A stretch of 64,000 nucleotides of DNA. Source: an uncultured Alphaproteobacteria bacterium (GTDB taxonomy: Bacteria; Pseudomonadota; Alphaproteobacteria; UBA7985; CAJQQZ01). Below, one piece after another: positions 1-11,152 of this stretch. The notes under the pieces were generated by a model, which did not search any database, had not been told where the DNA came from, and saw only the letters and a list, made by a program, of their open reading frames with translations. Location: assembly GCA_905480575.1 (NCBI GenBank), contig CAJQQZ010000046.1, positions 556 to 64,555 of the forward strand, written 5' to 3'. The number at the start of each line of letters is the position of its first letter. Positions within the stretch are counted from its first letter, which is position 1. The position numbers and the translations under genes are program-made.

Positions 1-473
1 TGGCCCCAAGACGTCATCAATTCTTCTGCGAGCCAATCATCTTTCGAAGCAGCATCAACCAAAGCTGGATGAACTGGCATTGATGGAGCAGCACCGACCA
101 GGATCATTTTTTCGAGGCGGTTAGGATATGTTGCTGCGACCTCCAAACCAATCAACGTCCCCATCGAGTGCCCCACTAGGACTGCTTTCTCGATCTTCAT
201 GGCGTCCAGAAAATCAACCACCCAGTCACCGTAAGCCGCAATCGTTGTTGGCGCTTCACCGGCCGATTGGTTAGGTGATCCTACCGGACCGTGGGCGGGT
301 AAGTTAACAGATAGCGAATTGTAATCGTGATAGGCAAAGTAACGTGCCTGTGCTGCCCAGGCTGATTGTTCCATGGCAGCGCCATGTACGAAAACGATCG
401 AAGGCTTTGCCGGGTCGAAAGTTTGACCGTTCAAATTCACAAAAGTTTTGTGGCCCTTAACTTCTACAAACAT
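1..473 (-). CDS. alpha/beta-fold hydrolase, partial (C-terminus runs off the window start)
   Basis: Minus-strand translation from ATG at 471-473 gives MFVEVKGHKTF...SIVFVHGA...GHSMG (GxSxG nucleophile elbow). It starts 9 nt after the metY stop with a GAGG-like SD, so it is probably co-transcribed with metY. Confidence 0.65.
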   Translation of the reverse strand, partial: MFVEVKGHKTFVNLNGQTFDPAKPSIVFVHGAAMEQSAWAAQARYFAYHDYNSLSVNLPAHGPVGSPNQSAGEAPTTIAAYGDWVVDFLDAMKIEKAVLVGHSMGTLIGLEVAATYPNRLEKMILVGAAPSMPVHPALVDAASKDDWLAEELMTSWG

Positions 474-482
474 TCCGGCCTC

Positions 483-1775
483 CTATTTCTGGCTGGCGCG
501 CAGAGCACCAGCAAAATCGTTGATAATATCACTGGGGTCTTCAAGCCCGATGGATAGACGAATGAGATCTGAACCAACACCCGCTAAGGCCAACTGCTCT
601 TCACTCAGCTGACTGTGAGTGGTCGAGGCAGGGTGGAGAACCAAGGTCTTAGCATCGCCGACGTTTGCCAAATGAGAGGACATAACACAGTTTTCAATGA
701 ATTTTTTACCTGCTTCGCGACCACCTTTCACACCGAAGGCAATGACCGAACCAGCGCCTTTAGGCAGCATCTTCTTACCCAGTTCGTGATCAGGATGGTC
801 CTTCATTTCAGGGTGCTGGATCCAAGACACCGCATCATTTTTTGAAAGCGCTTCGATGACAGCCCTGGTGTTGGACATGTGCTTTTCCATCCGCAGCGGC
901 AAAGTCTCTAGACCTTGTGTGATATAGAAAGCATTTTGCGGGCTAAGGCAGGCACCAAAATCTCTGAGGCCTTCTGTGCGGGCTCGCATGATGAACGCCA
1001 AAGGACCGAAGGTTTCAACATAATCAAGGTTGTTGTAGCCAGGGTATGGTTCCGTCATTGTCGGGAACTTGCCGGAAGCTTCCCAATCAAAGCGCCCTGC
1101 ATCGACAAGAACACCACCCATGGCAACACCATGACCGCCCATCCATTTGGTCGCGGAGTGCATGACAATGTCGGCACCGTGGTCGATAGGTTTGAACAAA
1201 GGTGGTGGTGTAAAAGTGCTATCGATCATCAAAGGTAGGCCGTTGTCGTGAGCGATTTTGGCAACCGCTTCAACATTCATGATCTCCATGCCCGGATTAC
1301 CGACGACCTCACCAAACAACAGCTTTGTATTGGGTTGGATTGCAGCAGCAAATTCTTCTGGCTTCTGAGGATCCACAAATGTTGTTGTGATGCCGAAACG
1401 AGGCATTGTTAGACGAAAGAAATTCGCTGACCCACCGTAGAGCTTGTTAGAAGCCACAATGTGATCGCCCGCACTCATCAAGGTGACGATAGCCAAATGC
1501 AAAGCAGCGTGGCCACTAGATGTAGCAACTGCACCTACGCCGCCATCCAATGCTGCGGCTCGTTCTTCAAGGGCAGCCACGGTAGGGTTGGATATGCGTG
1601 CATAAATATGCCCGGGCCTCTCGAGATTAAACAGTGAGGCCGCGTAGTCAGGACTCTCAAAACCGTAAGCGGTCGTTTGGTAAATGGGCAGCGCCCGAGA
1701 ATTGGTTTCTCGGTCATATTTTTGCCCGGCGTGCAGCGCCAAAGTGTCCGGCTTATAAAATCTTGGGTCGACCAT
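483..1775 (-). CDS. metY: O-acetylhomoserine aminocarboxypropyltransferase (sulfhydrylase), PLP-dependent
   Basis: 430-aa ORF with Cys/Met-metabolism PLP-enzyme signature. The N-terminus [18 protein letters not shown] is typical of MetY/MetZ-type enzymes. Confidence 0.9.
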   Translation of the reverse strand: MVDPRFYKPDTLALHAGQKYDRETNSRALPIYQTTAYGFESPDYAASLFNLERPGHIYARISNPTVAALEERAAALDGGVGAVATSSGHAALHLAIVTLMSAGDHIVASNKLYGGSANFFRLTMPRFGITTTFVDPQKPEEFAAAIQPNTKLLFGEVVGNPGMEIMNVEAVAKIAHDNGLPLMIDSTFTPPPLFKPIDHGADIVMHSATKWMGGHGVAMGGVLVDAGRFDWEASGKFPTMTEPYPGYNNLDYVETFGPLAFIMRARTEGLRDFGACLSPQNAFYITQGLETLPLRMEKHMSNTRAVIEALSKNDAVSWIQHPEMKDHPDHELGKKMLPKGAGSVIAFGVKGGREAGKKFIENCVMSSHLANVGDAKTLVLHPASTTHSQLSEEQLALAGVGSDLIRLSIGLEDPSDIINDFAGALRASQK

Positions 1776-1920
1776 AAGAGTGCTCCTCAGAGGTAAATCG
1801 TCGGCTGAAGTTCAAAATCAATGACTTCTTTTTCATGTTTGAGGTTAATTATCCAGAGCAAAGATAAAATATATGCGATAGAATCAAAGTTCTCGAACAA
1901 ACACTCAGCGAGGAAGAACA

Positions 1921-2313
1921 ATGCTAACCACTGCTCTCTATGCCGGTCTTCTAGGCCTGATTTTTTTCTTTTTGTCAGCTGCCGTGATTTCAGGTCGTCG
2001 CAAACATGGGATCTCACTTCTGGATGGGGGCAACAACGATTTCGCTCGCACAATTCGAGGTCATGCCAATTTCGCCGAATACGTGCCTATCACACTCATT
2101 TTGATGGGTATTGGTGAAGTGAATGGAAGCCCACTCACGTTCTTGCATGTCGTGGGCTTGGCTTTGCTGGTCGGACGTATCGCTCATGCCTGGGCTTTTC
2201 TTTATGGCCCCAACATTTTCGCACGCCAAGTCGGCATGCTGTTAACTTTTGCTGCTTTGGGCATCGCTGCTGCCAATTGCATCTATCAAGGCCTACCCGT
2301 TATCTCAGGATAA
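1921..2313 (+). CDS. MAPEG-family membrane protein (glutathione-transferase-like)
   Basis: 130 aa with about 4 predicted TM helices. The FAEYVPI / RxxHA motifs are characteristic of the MAPEG superfamily. Confidence 0.7.
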   Translation: MLTTALYAGLLGLIFFFLSAAVISGRRKHGISLLDGGNNDFARTIRGHANFAEYVPITLILMGIGEVNGSPLTFLHVVGLALLVGRIAHAWAFLYGPNIFARQVGMLLTFAALGIAAANCIYQGLPVISG

Positions 2314-2378
2314 TCAAACCCGCTAGACAATTTGGTTAAACGACCTATCCTTGTGAAAAAGGGGCGGTTCTGCCTCTG

Positions 2379-3284
2379 TTGTGGAGAACCGCATTGCCAA
2401 TTCAGAACTACTTGACCGCTGTCCTATTGGCGCTTTGCGCCTCTGCTCTCCTGCCTTTGACGGGTGCCATTGGCAAAGCCTTAACGCCGGAAATTCCCGC
2501 TATCCAGGTGGTGTGGGCGAGGTACTTTGGTCACTTCACCCTGATTTTACCCATCGTTCTCTACCGGTTTGGATTTAGGAGCCTTTGGCCTGAAAAGGCT
2601 GGATGGCAGCTCACACGAGGCTTGTTGCTTTGTACCGGTACGTTGAGTTTCTTTACCGGGGTTCACGCCACACCTTTTGGACTGGCCTTAGCGTTATTCT
2701 ATGTCGCCCCTTTAGCTGTTGCCGTTTACTCTTTCTTCTTCCTTGGCGAAAAAGTCGGGCCAAGACGGTGGATTGCAGTTGGTATCGGTTTTGTTGGAGC
2801 CTTGGTCATCCTGAGACCTGGTCCTGACGCACTTCAACTAATATCCTGGCTCTGCCTCTTCGCTGGATTTTGCATAGGTGGGTATCTGACGATCACGAGG
2901 GCCATTGCCGGGACTTCGCCGCCATTTGTATCCCTTGTACTCACGGCTGTCGTTGGCACCGTTGTTACGTCAGCAATGGTGCCCTTCGTTTGGGTCACTC
3001 CGACCGAAAGCTATCAAGTGCTGTTTTTGGTTGCGATCGCTGTTATCGCAGCGGCGGGACACTGGTTCTTGATCATGGCTTTTGAGCGCGCAGATGCAAG
3101 TTCGCTGGCGCCGTTGGGATACATTGAGATTGTCTCAGCAGCCTTCATGGGCATGTGGTTTTTCAACGATACAATTGATTTCATATCTTGGATCGGCGTT
3201 TCTATCATTGTATCCGCCGGTCTCTACTTAGCCATCCGAGAGTTTAGGCTCTCTCGATTGAAACAGGAAATTCAAAATGACTGA
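2379..3284 (+). CDS. EamA/DMT-superfamily transporter
   Basis: 301 aa, about 10 hydrophobic helices and duplicated EamA-like halves. The ORF appears to begin at a TTG, so the start is uncertain. Confidence 0.75.
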   Translation: MWRTALPIQNYLTAVLLALCASALLPLTGAIGKALTPEIPAIQVVWARYFGHFTLILPIVLYRFGFRSLWPEKAGWQLTRGLLLCTGTLSFFTGVHATPFGLALALFYVAPLAVAVYSFFFLGEKVGPRRWIAVGIGFVGALVILRPGPDALQLISWLCLFAGFCIGGYLTITRAIAGTSPPFVSLVLTAVVGTVVTSAMVPFVWVTPTESYQVLFLVAIAVIAAAGHWFLIMAFERADASSLAPLGYIEIVSAAFMGMWFFNDTIDFISWIGVSIIVSAGLYLAIREFRLSRLKQEIQND

Positions 3285-3837
3285 TGCTCGACTTCCTAAC
3301 ATCCGAAAGATCGTCACTCTTCGCGAAGAAACTCTGCAAGATTCTGGCAGGCAAATCGTGGGCAAGAAGGACAAAGTGACAGTAGCAGCTGTGATAAAAA
3401 ATCCCTACGCAGGGCGTTACGTCGAGGACATGGAGCCACTTTACGATCTCGGTAAAAATCTGAGTGGTCAGTTGGCCGAGAAAGGCGTCATCGCTTTGGG
3501 TGTCAAACCAGAAGAAGTAACAGGATACGGCAAGGGTGCCATCGTTGGGGTTGACGGAGAGATCGAACACGCCGCCGCGATTATGCACCCTCGTTTTGGT
3601 GCCCCCGTTCGGAAAGCCGTTGGCAAAGGTGATGACATTATTCCTTCAACAAAGAAAGTCGGTGCTCCAGGATCAACCATCGTCATGCCCATAACTAACA
3701 AAGATTCTATTTGGGTTTTCGATGATATGGACGCGATGGAAATCTCTATCCCTGATGCCCCAAAGGCCGATGAAATTGTCGTCGCCGTTGTCTTAGCAAT
3801 CGGTGGCCGCCCACTCGCCCGCACCAAAGCAGACTAG
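3277..3837 (+). CDS. amino-acid-synthesis (AA_synth, PF06684-like) family protein
   Basis: 186 aa. The motif VAAVIKNPYAGRYVED is typical of this small conserved family. It overlaps the upstream EamA gene by 8 nt, suggesting translational coupling. Confidence 0.65.
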   Translation: MTDARLPNIRKIVTLREETLQDSGRQIVGKKDKVTVAAVIKNPYAGRYVEDMEPLYDLGKNLSGQLAEKGVIALGVKPEEVTGYGKGAIVGVDGEIEHAAAIMHPRFGAPVRKAVGKGDDIIPSTKKVGAPGSTIVMPITNKDSIWVFDDMDAMEISIPDAPKADEIVVAVVLAIGGRPLARTKAD

Positions 3838-3845
3838 AGGACAAA

Positions 3846-4154
3846 TTGATGTTCAAAGCTATGATCCTACTGAAACGAAATCCTGATATGGCTTATGAAG
3901 ATTTCGTTACCTGGTGGTTGAAAGACCACTCTGAATTAGCCGCTCAACTTCCCAAACTAAAGAAAGCGGTGTTCAACTTGATCGAGGGAGACGGGTCTGA
4001 TGAGTATGATGGTGTCTCAGAATTGTGGTTCGACAATCAGGCCGACTTTGAAGCCGCTTACGCTTCAGAAATCGGCAAAGGCGTCGCAGCTGATTCATTG
4101 TCAAAAGTCTCTAAACGTATCCGTTTCTTCATCAACGAACATCAGATCAAATAG
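3846..4154 (+). CDS. EthD-domain protein
   Basis: 102 aa with a small stress-responsive dimeric alpha/beta-barrel-like sequence (DFVTWWLKDH...). Confidence 0.55.
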   Translation: MMFKAMILLKRNPDMAYEDFVTWWLKDHSELAAQLPKLKKAVFNLIEGDGSDEYDGVSELWFDNQADFEAAYASEIGKGVAADSLSKVSKRIRFFINEHQIK

Positions 4155-4328
4155 CAACGCGAAAAGGCTATCTTGTCTTTTCCATAGATTTGTCGATTCG
4201 CGCCACGCCAACTCCATTGCAGTTGCAATGGGTTCCGGCTTATAAAGCGTGAGATGCGAACCACGGCAAAGCCTTGCTCTTGTCATTGTTGGTTCATTCC
4301 TTTGAAGAAGATCAGAAACTAGAGGTTC

Positions 4329-5741
4329 ATGACTATGAGTGCACCGCGCACGCTCTTTGATAAAATTTGGGATAGCCACGTCGTTGAAAAAAGAGATGAT
4401 GGCAGTTTTCTGATCTACATTGACAGACACCTTGTCCACGAAGTGACAAGCCCGCAGGCTTTTGAAGGCCTGAGAATGGCAGGCCGCCAGGTGCGTCGCC
4501 CAGAGTTTACCTTGGCCGTGCCAGATCACAACGTGCCCACTTCTAACCGTGCCGCTGGCATTGAAGATGAAGAGAGCCGCATTCAAGTCGATACACTTCG
4601 TCAGAACTGTTCCGATTTCAATGTGCCTTTGTTTGATATGGAAGACCCACGCCAGGGCATCGTACACATCATTGGACCAGAGCAAGGCTTCACACAGCCT
4701 GGCATGACCATCGTTTGCGGCGACAGCCATACAGCGACACACGGTGCTTTTGGCGCTTTAGCCTTTGGCATTGGCACTTCCGAAGTTGAACACGTCCTTG
4801 CGACACAAACTTTGGTTCAAAAGCCAGCCAAGAACATGTTGATCTCTGTCGACGGAGAACTTTCTGTTGGTGCAACCGCTAAAGATATCATCCTTGCGAT
4901 TATCGGCAAGATTGGTACCGCTGGTGGCACTGGCTACGTTATGGAATACGCTGGCGACGCAATCCGCAATCTCAGCATGGAAGGTCGCATGACGATCTGT
5001 AACATGTCGATTGAAGGCGGTGCACGCGCTGGATTGATTGCACCTGATCAAACAACATTCGACTATATCCAGGGTCGCCCAATGGCACCAAAGGGTGATG
5101 ATTGGGATAAGGCTGTTGCTTATTGGAGCAGCTTGCCTTCTGACGCCGGTGCAAAATATGACCTGGAAGTTAGATTAAACGCTGCTGACATCGCACCACA
5201 GGTCACTTGGGGAACAAGCCCACAGGATGTTGCACCAATCAACGGTAAGGTTCCTGATCCAGCCGACGAGCAAGACGAAAACCGCCGCTCAGCCATGGAA
5301 CGCTCACTTGAGTACATGGGGCTAGAAGCTGGTAAGGCTGTCGCTGACATCGCGGTTGATACTGTCTTTATCGGCTCTTGCACAAATGGGCGCATCGAAG
5401 ATTTACGTGCTGCGGCGACAATCGCTAAGGGCCGCAAGGTAGCCGACGGTATCCGCGCGATGGTTGTCCCAGGTTCTGGCTTGGTTAAAGTCCAGGCTGA
5501 AGAAGAAGGTCTCGATGCTGTCTTCAAAGAAGCTGGTTTTGACTGGCGTGAGCCTGGTTGTTCTATGTGCCTTGCCATGAATGCAGACAAACTATCCGTT
5601 GGCGAGCGTTGCGCATCAACTTCCAACCGTAACTTCGAAGGTCGTCAGGGCCGCGGTGGCAGAACGCATCTTGTCAGTCCAGCGATGGCAGCTGCAGCGG
5701 CGATCGAAGGTCGTTTGGCCGACGTTCGCGACTTCGAATAA
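4329..5741 (+). CDS. leuC: 3-isopropylmalate dehydratase large subunit
   Basis: 470 aa of the aconitase family, with [17 protein letters not shown] and the GSCTNGR and CSMC cluster-ligand motifs. Confidence 0.95.
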   Translation: MTMSAPRTLFDKIWDSHVVEKRDDGSFLIYIDRHLVHEVTSPQAFEGLRMAGRQVRRPEFTLAVPDHNVPTSNRAAGIEDEESRIQVDTLRQNCSDFNVPLFDMEDPRQGIVHIIGPEQGFTQPGMTIVCGDSHTATHGAFGALAFGIGTSEVEHVLATQTLVQKPAKNMLISVDGELSVGATAKDIILAIIGKIGTAGGTGYVMEYAGDAIRNLSMEGRMTICNMSIEGGARAGLIAPDQTTFDYIQGRPMAPKGDDWDKAVAYWSSLPSDAGAKYDLEVRLNAADIAPQVTWGTSPQDVAPINGKVPDPADEQDENRRSAMERSLEYMGLEAGKAVADIAVDTVFIGSCTNGRIEDLRAAATIAKGRKVADGIRAMVVPGSGLVKVQAEEEGLDAVFKEAGFDWREPGCSMCLAMNADKLSVGERCASTSNRNFEGRQGRGGRTHLVSPAMAAAAAIEGRLADVRDFE

Positions 5742-5775
5742 ATATCACCAGTTCTTTAGGGGAAAGATCAAGTCT

Positions 5776-6372
5776 ATGTTTCAGAGCTTAAAAGCATTGC
5801 GTGTTGTCGCGCTCTTGATGTCCCCTTTGGCACTAGTTGCTTGTGAAGATGAGTTCTCGTCACTGCCTAGTGGTGGTTCACCACACCAGGAGATCGTTTG
5901 TAAGAATTCTTTTGGCTCTGGCTTTTACATTGCTCCAAACTTGGTGCTGACTGCGGCACACGTCTTGCCTTACAAAAAGTGTAAGATCGAGATGGGCGAA
6001 GACAGTGGTAAATTGGTTTGGAAGGACACAAAACGCGATATTGCCGTTGTCTATGTCAAAGGCAAAAAAGCGAGCTTCTATCCTTACCAGTGCGAACTTC
6101 CGAAGGAAGGTTCCTACGTCAAGCTGAACTCAGGCGAAGCGATCAAAAAGGGCCGCATCCTTAGCCATAACCCCGACATTGTTGGGAACTACTTCCAGAC
6201 TGATATCTCAGTACGCTATGGCGAGTCCGGTTCTCCTTTGTTCCACGAAGACGCTGTGATTGGAGTTTTAAACTTCACAAACTTCGACGATGGTACGCTC
6301 TCTTACTATCGTCCGATTGGTGATTTCTGTTCGAAGCTTAACAGCCTGAAGAAAAAATACGCCGGCAAATAG
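5776..6372 (+). CDS. trypsin-like (S1/chymotrypsin-fold) serine peptidase, predicted lipoprotein
   Basis: Start chosen at ATG 5776; the longer track ORF from 5581 overlaps leuC out of frame. Signal peptide with lipobox LVAC, then His (TAAHV), Asp (RDIAVV) and Ser (GESGSP) catalytic-triad contexts. Confidence 0.7.
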   Translation: MFQSLKALRVVALLMSPLALVACEDEFSSLPSGGSPHQEIVCKNSFGSGFYIAPNLVLTAAHVLPYKKCKIEMGEDSGKLVWKDTKRDIAVVYVKGKKASFYPYQCELPKEGSYVKLNSGEAIKKGRILSHNPDIVGNYFQTDISVRYGESGSPLFHEDAVIGVLNFTNFDDGTLSYYRPIGDFCSKLNSLKKKYAGK

Positions 6373-6408
6373 GCCAGCTTTACGATTTGAATTAATGAGG
6401 TTCCTAAA

Positions 6409-7014
6409 ATGGAAAAGTTAGACAAACACAGTGGCGTTTCAGCACCTTTGAACTTGGTCAATATCGACACAGATATGATCATTCCAAAGCAGTTTCTAAA
6501 AACGATTAAACGCACTGGTCTGTCAGAGGGGCTCTTTTTCGAAATGCGTTTCGACGAAGCGGGAAACAAAAAAGAAGATTTCGTTCTGCATCAACCGCAG
6601 TACGAAGGAGCTTCCGTATTGGTAGCAGGCCAAAATTTTGGTTGTGGATCAAGCCGCGAGCATGCTCCATGGGCATTGCTTGATTGGGGCTTCCGTGTTG
6701 TGATTGCGTCCAGCTTCGCTGATATTTTCTACAACAACTGCTTCAACAACGGCATTCTACCTTTAGCGCTGCCTCAGAGCCAAGTCGATGAATTGATGAA
6801 GGATGCCAACCAAGCTGGCCGCCTGAAAATTGACGTCGAAGCCCAGACAATCACGCGCCCAAATGGCGATAGTTTTTCCTTTGATCTTGATCCAGCCCTA
6901 AAGCATCGCATGATCAACGGCCTAGATAACGTTGGCATGACTTTGGAGAACACTGACTCTATTGCAGCGTTTGAAGAAAAGAATGCTGCTGAGTGCCCTT
7001 GGCTTGCGGCTTAA
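6409..7014 (+). CDS. leuD: 3-isopropylmalate dehydratase small subunit
   Basis: 201 aa of the aconitase swivel domain, with [17 protein letters not shown]. Confidence 0.95.
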   Translation: MEKLDKHSGVSAPLNLVNIDTDMIIPKQFLKTIKRTGLSEGLFFEMRFDEAGNKKEDFVLHQPQYEGASVLVAGQNFGCGSSREHAPWALLDWGFRVVIASSFADIFYNNCFNNGILPLALPQSQVDELMKDANQAGRLKIDVEAQTITRPNGDSFSFDLDPALKHRMINGLDNVGMTLENTDSIAAFEEKNAAECPWLAA

Positions 7015-7081
7015 TGCTGCGCTTGCCACTAGCACAAAGCTTCTCTATTAACGGCTGCGAATAACTCAACGAAGGTTTTCC

Positions 7082-8197
7082 ATGTCTACGAACGCATACA
7101 AAGTTCTTGTTTTACCAGGTGATGGTATTGGCCCCGAAGTAATGACCGAAGTTACTCGTGTCATCGATTGGTTTGGTGAAAACCGTGGTTTAGAAGCCAA
7201 TCTTGATCACGATCTCGTCGGCGGTGTAGCTTACGACAAAACGGGTCAACCGATCACAGATGCCTGCATGGAGAAAGCTCTCAACGCTGATGCGGTTATG
7301 TTCGGTGCCGTTGGCGGTCCCCAGTATGACAACCTCCCCTTTGAGAGCAAGCCGGAGCGTGGCCTTCTTCGCCTTCGCAAAGACCTTGAGCTCTTCGCTA
7401 ACTTGCGCCCAGCGCTGTGTTTCGACGCTTTAACTGAAGCCTCATCGCTCAAGCCAGAGCTTGTTGCTGGGTTGGACATCTTAATCGTACGCGAGCTAAC
7501 CGGAGGTGTTTACTTTGGCGAGCCTCGAGGCATCGAAGATCTCGGCAATGGGCAACGTCGAGGCGTGGACACACAAGTCTATGACACAGAAGAAATTCGC
7601 CGTGTTTGCCGAGTTGCTTTCGAGCTGGCCAAGAAACGTCGTAACCTGGTACATTCTGCCGAGAAATCCAACGTCATGCACACCGGTGTAATGTGGCGCC
7701 AGGAAGTGCACAAACTGCACGAAGAAGAGTTCTCTGACGTAGAATTGCAAGACATCCTGGCAGATAACTGCGCCATGCAGCTCGTGCGAGCGCCTAAACA
7801 GTTTGATGTTATTGTGACAGACAACCTATTTGGTGACATTCTGTCGGACGTTGCAGCGATGTTAACAGGGTCGCTTGGCATGTTGCCTTCCGCATCACTT
7901 GGTGCACCAGACTCTGCGGGTAAATCTAAAGCAATGTACGAGCCTGTCCATGGCTCTGCTCCTGATATCGCCGGTGAAGGCAAAGCCAATCCTTTGGCCT
8001 GCTTGCTCTCCTTCTCCATGGCGCTTCGCTATTCGTTTGATCGTGGCGAAGATGCTGATCTTTTGGATGCAGCTGTGAATGACGTGCTTGCAAGTGGTAA
8101 GCGCACGCTCGACATCGCAACACCAACAAGTGAAAAAGTTTCAACGACTCAAATGGGCGAAGCAGTTCTGCACGCCCTTAAAACAAAGACTAGCTAG
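7082..8197 (+). CDS. leuB: 3-isopropylmalate dehydrogenase
   Basis: 371 aa of the isocitrate/isopropylmalate dehydrogenase family ([19 protein letters not shown]). Confidence 0.95.
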   Translation: MSTNAYKVLVLPGDGIGPEVMTEVTRVIDWFGENRGLEANLDHDLVGGVAYDKTGQPITDACMEKALNADAVMFGAVGGPQYDNLPFESKPERGLLRLRKDLELFANLRPALCFDALTEASSLKPELVAGLDILIVRELTGGVYFGEPRGIEDLGNGQRRGVDTQVYDTEEIRRVCRVAFELAKKRRNLVHSAEKSNVMHTGVMWRQEVHKLHEEEFSDVELQDILADNCAMQLVRAPKQFDVIVTDNLFGDILSDVAAMLTGSLGMLPSASLGAPDSAGKSKAMYEPVHGSAPDIAGEGKANPLACLLSFSMALRYSFDRGEDADLLDAAVNDVLASGKRTLDIATPTSEKVSTTQMGEAVLHALKTKTS

Positions 8198-8411
8198 AAA
8201 TTCACCCTGCCCTTTTGTGATGTCCACAAGAGGGCATCACAAAACCAGGACCATGAAAAATTTAATTTCTGATCTTAATCGCACCATTTCCATCTCTCGT
8301 AAGATGGCAGCACTTCGGTGCTTAGGCGAGACAGAGTGGCGGCGAAAACGCCGCCTGAAAACACTTTTCTAAACCCAATTTTCAGTTATTTCCAAACAAT
8401 GGAACACAAAC

Positions 8412-9431
8412 ATGTCTAGTTCATATAATGTCGCTGTCGTTGGCGCCACTGGCAACGTCGGCCGCGAAATCCTTAACACTCTTGATGAGCGTAATTTCCC
8501 TGTTAACGAAGTGCATGCTCTCGCATCTTCTCGCTCTGTGGGCCGCGAAGTCTCATTTGGTGAAGACGAGATTCTAAAGATCCAGTCGCTCGAAGACTTC
8601 GATTTTTCCGGCACTGATATTGCGCTCTTCTCACCAGGCGCCTCTATCTCAGCCGTCCATGCGCCACGTGCGGCGGCTGCCGGTTGCATTGTTATTGATA
8701 ACACCAGCCACTTCCGAATGGACCCCGACGTTCCTTTGATCGTGCCTGAAGTTAACCCGGAGGCACTCGCTGGTTATGTTCGCAAGAACATCATTGCGAA
8801 CCCTAATTGCTCAACCATCCAAATGCTGGTGGCGCTTAAGCCTCTCCATGACGTCAGCCCGATCAAACGTGTTGTCGTCTCTACTTACCAGTCCGTTTCT
8901 GGCGGCGGTAAAGAGAAGATGGACGAGCTGTTTAATCAAACCAAAGCCATCTACGTGAACGACCCGATCAAGAATGAACAGTTCACAAAACAAATTGCCT
9001 TCAACCTTATTCCACACATCGACGTCTTCATGGACGACGGTTCCACGAAAGAAGAGTGGAAGATGGTTGTTGAAACAAAGAAAATTCTTGATCCAAGTAT
9101 TAGAGTTGTCGCCACATGCGTACGCGCACCAGTCTTTATTGGCCACGCCGAAGCCGTGCATGTTGAGTTTGAAGACGAGATGACAGCCGATCAGGCCCGG
9201 GAAATCTTCAAAGAAGCCGATGGCATAGCGCTTGTCGATCAACGCGTCGATGGCGGTTACATGACCCCTCAGGAATGTGCCGGTGAGGATGCAGTCTTCA
9301 TTAGCCGTCTGCGAGATGACTATACTGTGGATCATGGTATCGCGTTCTGGTGTGTTTCCGATAACCTTCGTAAGGGAGCAGCACTGAACGCTGTCCAAAT
9401 CGCTGAATTGTTGGCTTCGGATTACCTATAA
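8412..9431 (+). CDS. asd: aspartate-semialdehyde dehydrogenase
   Basis: 339 aa with VAVVGATGNVG Rossmann N-terminus and the NPNCSTI active-site Cys context. Confidence 0.95.
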   Translation: MSSSYNVAVVGATGNVGREILNTLDERNFPVNEVHALASSRSVGREVSFGEDEILKIQSLEDFDFSGTDIALFSPGASISAVHAPRAAAAGCIVIDNTSHFRMDPDVPLIVPEVNPEALAGYVRKNIIANPNCSTIQMLVALKPLHDVSPIKRVVVSTYQSVSGGGKEKMDELFNQTKAIYVNDPIKNEQFTKQIAFNLIPHIDVFMDDGSTKEEWKMVVETKKILDPSIRVVATCVRAPVFIGHAEAVHVEFEDEMTADQAREIFKEADGIALVDQRVDGGYMTPQECAGEDAVFISRLRDDYTVDHGIAFWCVSDNLRKGAALNAVQIAELLASDYL

Positions 9432-9433
9432 AC

Positions 9434-10300
9434 ATGGCGCTTTTTGATAGAATTCAGGCGGTCCAACAACGATCGCCTGGTTCTTTCATTCCATTCAGAA
9501 TCGAAAACGAAACTGTTGGATTCTTACCTACTGATCTTGCTTGGAGGCTTTCTACGACGTTTGACCAAGCTTTAGCTTTTGAAAACGACTGCCTCGTTTT
9601 CTGCTCCCTTGTTTCTGATTTTGAAGGCCGTTCGGCAGTTTTGGCCGAGGTTTCAGATTTCTTTCTCGAAAACAAACTCATGCCTAACCCTAGGAACGAG
9701 CTCTACCCGATCAAAAACAATTGGAACCAAACCCCTTTCGCATTGTTGGAAAGGAACGCTTCCATCCCGCTGGGCCTTGTCACCTATGGCGTTAACCTCA
9801 ATGCCTGGACCATCGACACAAAAGGGGAAAAGCTCCTTTGGGTTGGGAAGAGGTCTCTACAAAAGCAAACAGAGCCCGGAAAACTCGATCATATTGCGGC
9901 TGGTGGACAACCCGCCCACATCAGCCTCCACGCAAACATGGTGAAAGAAGCAGAGGAAGAAGCCTCAATTCCTCAAGAGTTGGCTCGTCTTTGCAAGCCT
10001 GTGGGGGCCGTCGTTGGCCATTACCATGATGAATATTGCCGTCGTTTTATCCACTACGACTTTGATTTGGAATTACCTCGCGAGTTCCAGCCAAAACCGC
10101 TTGATGGTGAGGTCGAGAACTTTCAGCTGATGTCACCAGAACAGATCATCCACCTATTACGGACGAGCGATGAATTTGACCTTGAATCAACGATAGCAAT
10201 CATTGATTGGCTCATTCGTCATGGTTTTGTTCATGCCGAAAACGAACCCGATTTCGATCATATCTATGCCGGCTTAAGAGCAGATCTCTTTCGGCTATAG
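9434..10300 (+). CDS. NUDIX-family hydrolase with DUF4743-like N-terminal domain
   Basis: 288 aa with a degenerate Nudix box around GGQPAHISLHANMVKEAEEEASIP. The N-terminal domain resembles DUF4743 found in TPK-associated Nudix proteins. Confidence 0.55.
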   Translation: MALFDRIQAVQQRSPGSFIPFRIENETVGFLPTDLAWRLSTTFDQALAFENDCLVFCSLVSDFEGRSAVLAEVSDFFLENKLMPNPRNELYPIKNNWNQTPFALLERNASIPLGLVTYGVNLNAWTIDTKGEKLLWVGKRSLQKQTEPGKLDHIAAGGQPAHISLHANMVKEAEEEASIPQELARLCKPVGAVVGHYHDEYCRRFIHYDFDLELPREFQPKPLDGEVENFQLMSPEQIIHLLRTSDEFDLESTIAIIDWLIRHGFVHAENEPDFDHIYAGLRADLFRL

Positions 10301-11152
10301 ACCGATACGCTCGAGAATATCGTTGGGTTTTACGCCCGTTTCTCTTAGATGTTTCAGGGTTACTGCTTCATTTCTCTTAGCAAAACGCCTCCCCTCTTCA
10401 TCCAGAATGAGGGAATGATGCTCCCAAACCGGAACCGGCAGACCTAACAGGGCCTGAAGCAATCTATGCAGGTGACTTGCATGGAACAGATCTTCGCCCC
10501 TTGTGACGAGTGTAATGCCCTGCGCTGCATCATCGACCGTAACGGCCAGATGGTAAGAGGTTGGTATGTCTTTACGCACTAAAACAACGTCGCCCAATAC
10601 AGATGGGTTGGCAGCAATCTCACCAACATTTCTGTCGATCCATATCAATGGACCAGCCGCTTCTTGTGCTTCCTTCATTTTCAGGCGAAACGCATGGAGC
10701 TGCCCTTCCGCAATCCGTTGCCCACGCTCGCTCTCGGTCAAATGACGACATGTTCCTGGGTATAGCCAACCTTCGGGGCCGTGTGGGGCATTGGCCGCTG
10801 CTTGTACTTCTCTCTCAACGTCTTTTCGGGTGCAGAAACATGGGTAGAGCAATCCCTGGGCTTGGAGAATCGTCAGTGCCTTTTTGTAGTGAATGAGCCG
10901 GCCTGACTGTCTGAGCGGTGCAGTTTCCCAATCAATCCCAAGCCAGTTAAGATCTTCGATAATCGCTGTTTCAAATTCTGGTTTACATCGCCCGATATCA
11001 ATGTCTTCAAGCCGCAGGATGAAGTTGGATGGCTCGCGGCCTGCTCTTTCCCAAGCAAAGAGTGCCGAGTAGGCGTGTCCCAGATGGAGTAATCCACTGG
11101 GACTGGGTGCAAATCTCGTTTTAGATATCATTCCGGTCGAGATAGTTTGCAA
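10295..11152 (-). CDS. gluQ: tRNA glutamyl-Q(34) synthetase (truncated GluRS paralogue)
   Basis: 285 aa with a class-I aaRS HIGH-like motif (SPSGLLHLGHA), which matches the YadB/GluQRS length rather than full GluRS. The true start may be the internal MISKTRF. Confidence 0.85.
   Translation of the reverse strand: MQTISTGMISKTRFAPSPSGLLHLGHAYSALFAWERAGREPSNFILRLEDIDIGRCKPEFETAIIEDLNWLGIDWETAPLRQSGRLIHYKKALTILQAQGLLYPCFCTRKDVEREVQAAANAPHGPEGWLYPGTCRHLTESERGQRIAEGQLHAFRLKMKEAQEAAGPLIWIDRNVGEIAANPSVLGDVVLVRKDIPTSYHLAVTVDDAAQGITLVTRGEDLFHASHLHRLLQALLGLPVPVWEHHSLILDEEGRRFAKRNEAVTLKHLRETGVKPNDILERIGL

Noticed and set aside
1776-1920. Possible SAM-II/SAM-V riboswitch in the 145-nt metY 5' leader (common upstream of metY/metX in alphaproteobacteria)
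   Set aside because: I could not identify the conserved pseudoknot elements (U-rich loop pairing with AAAGC...A-tract) with any confidence by eye. A covariance-model scan is needed before claiming it.
5581-5775. Long form (from 5581) of the ORF encoding the trypsin-like protein
   Set aside because: The upstream 65 codons overlap the 3' end of leuC in another frame. The signal peptide begins at the internal ATG 5776, which has a plausible RBS.
8198-8411. Nested inverted repeats (ttttgtgatg...catcacaaaa) after leuB as a regulatory element
   Set aside because: Most simply the leuB transcription terminator region, with nothing distinctive beyond that.
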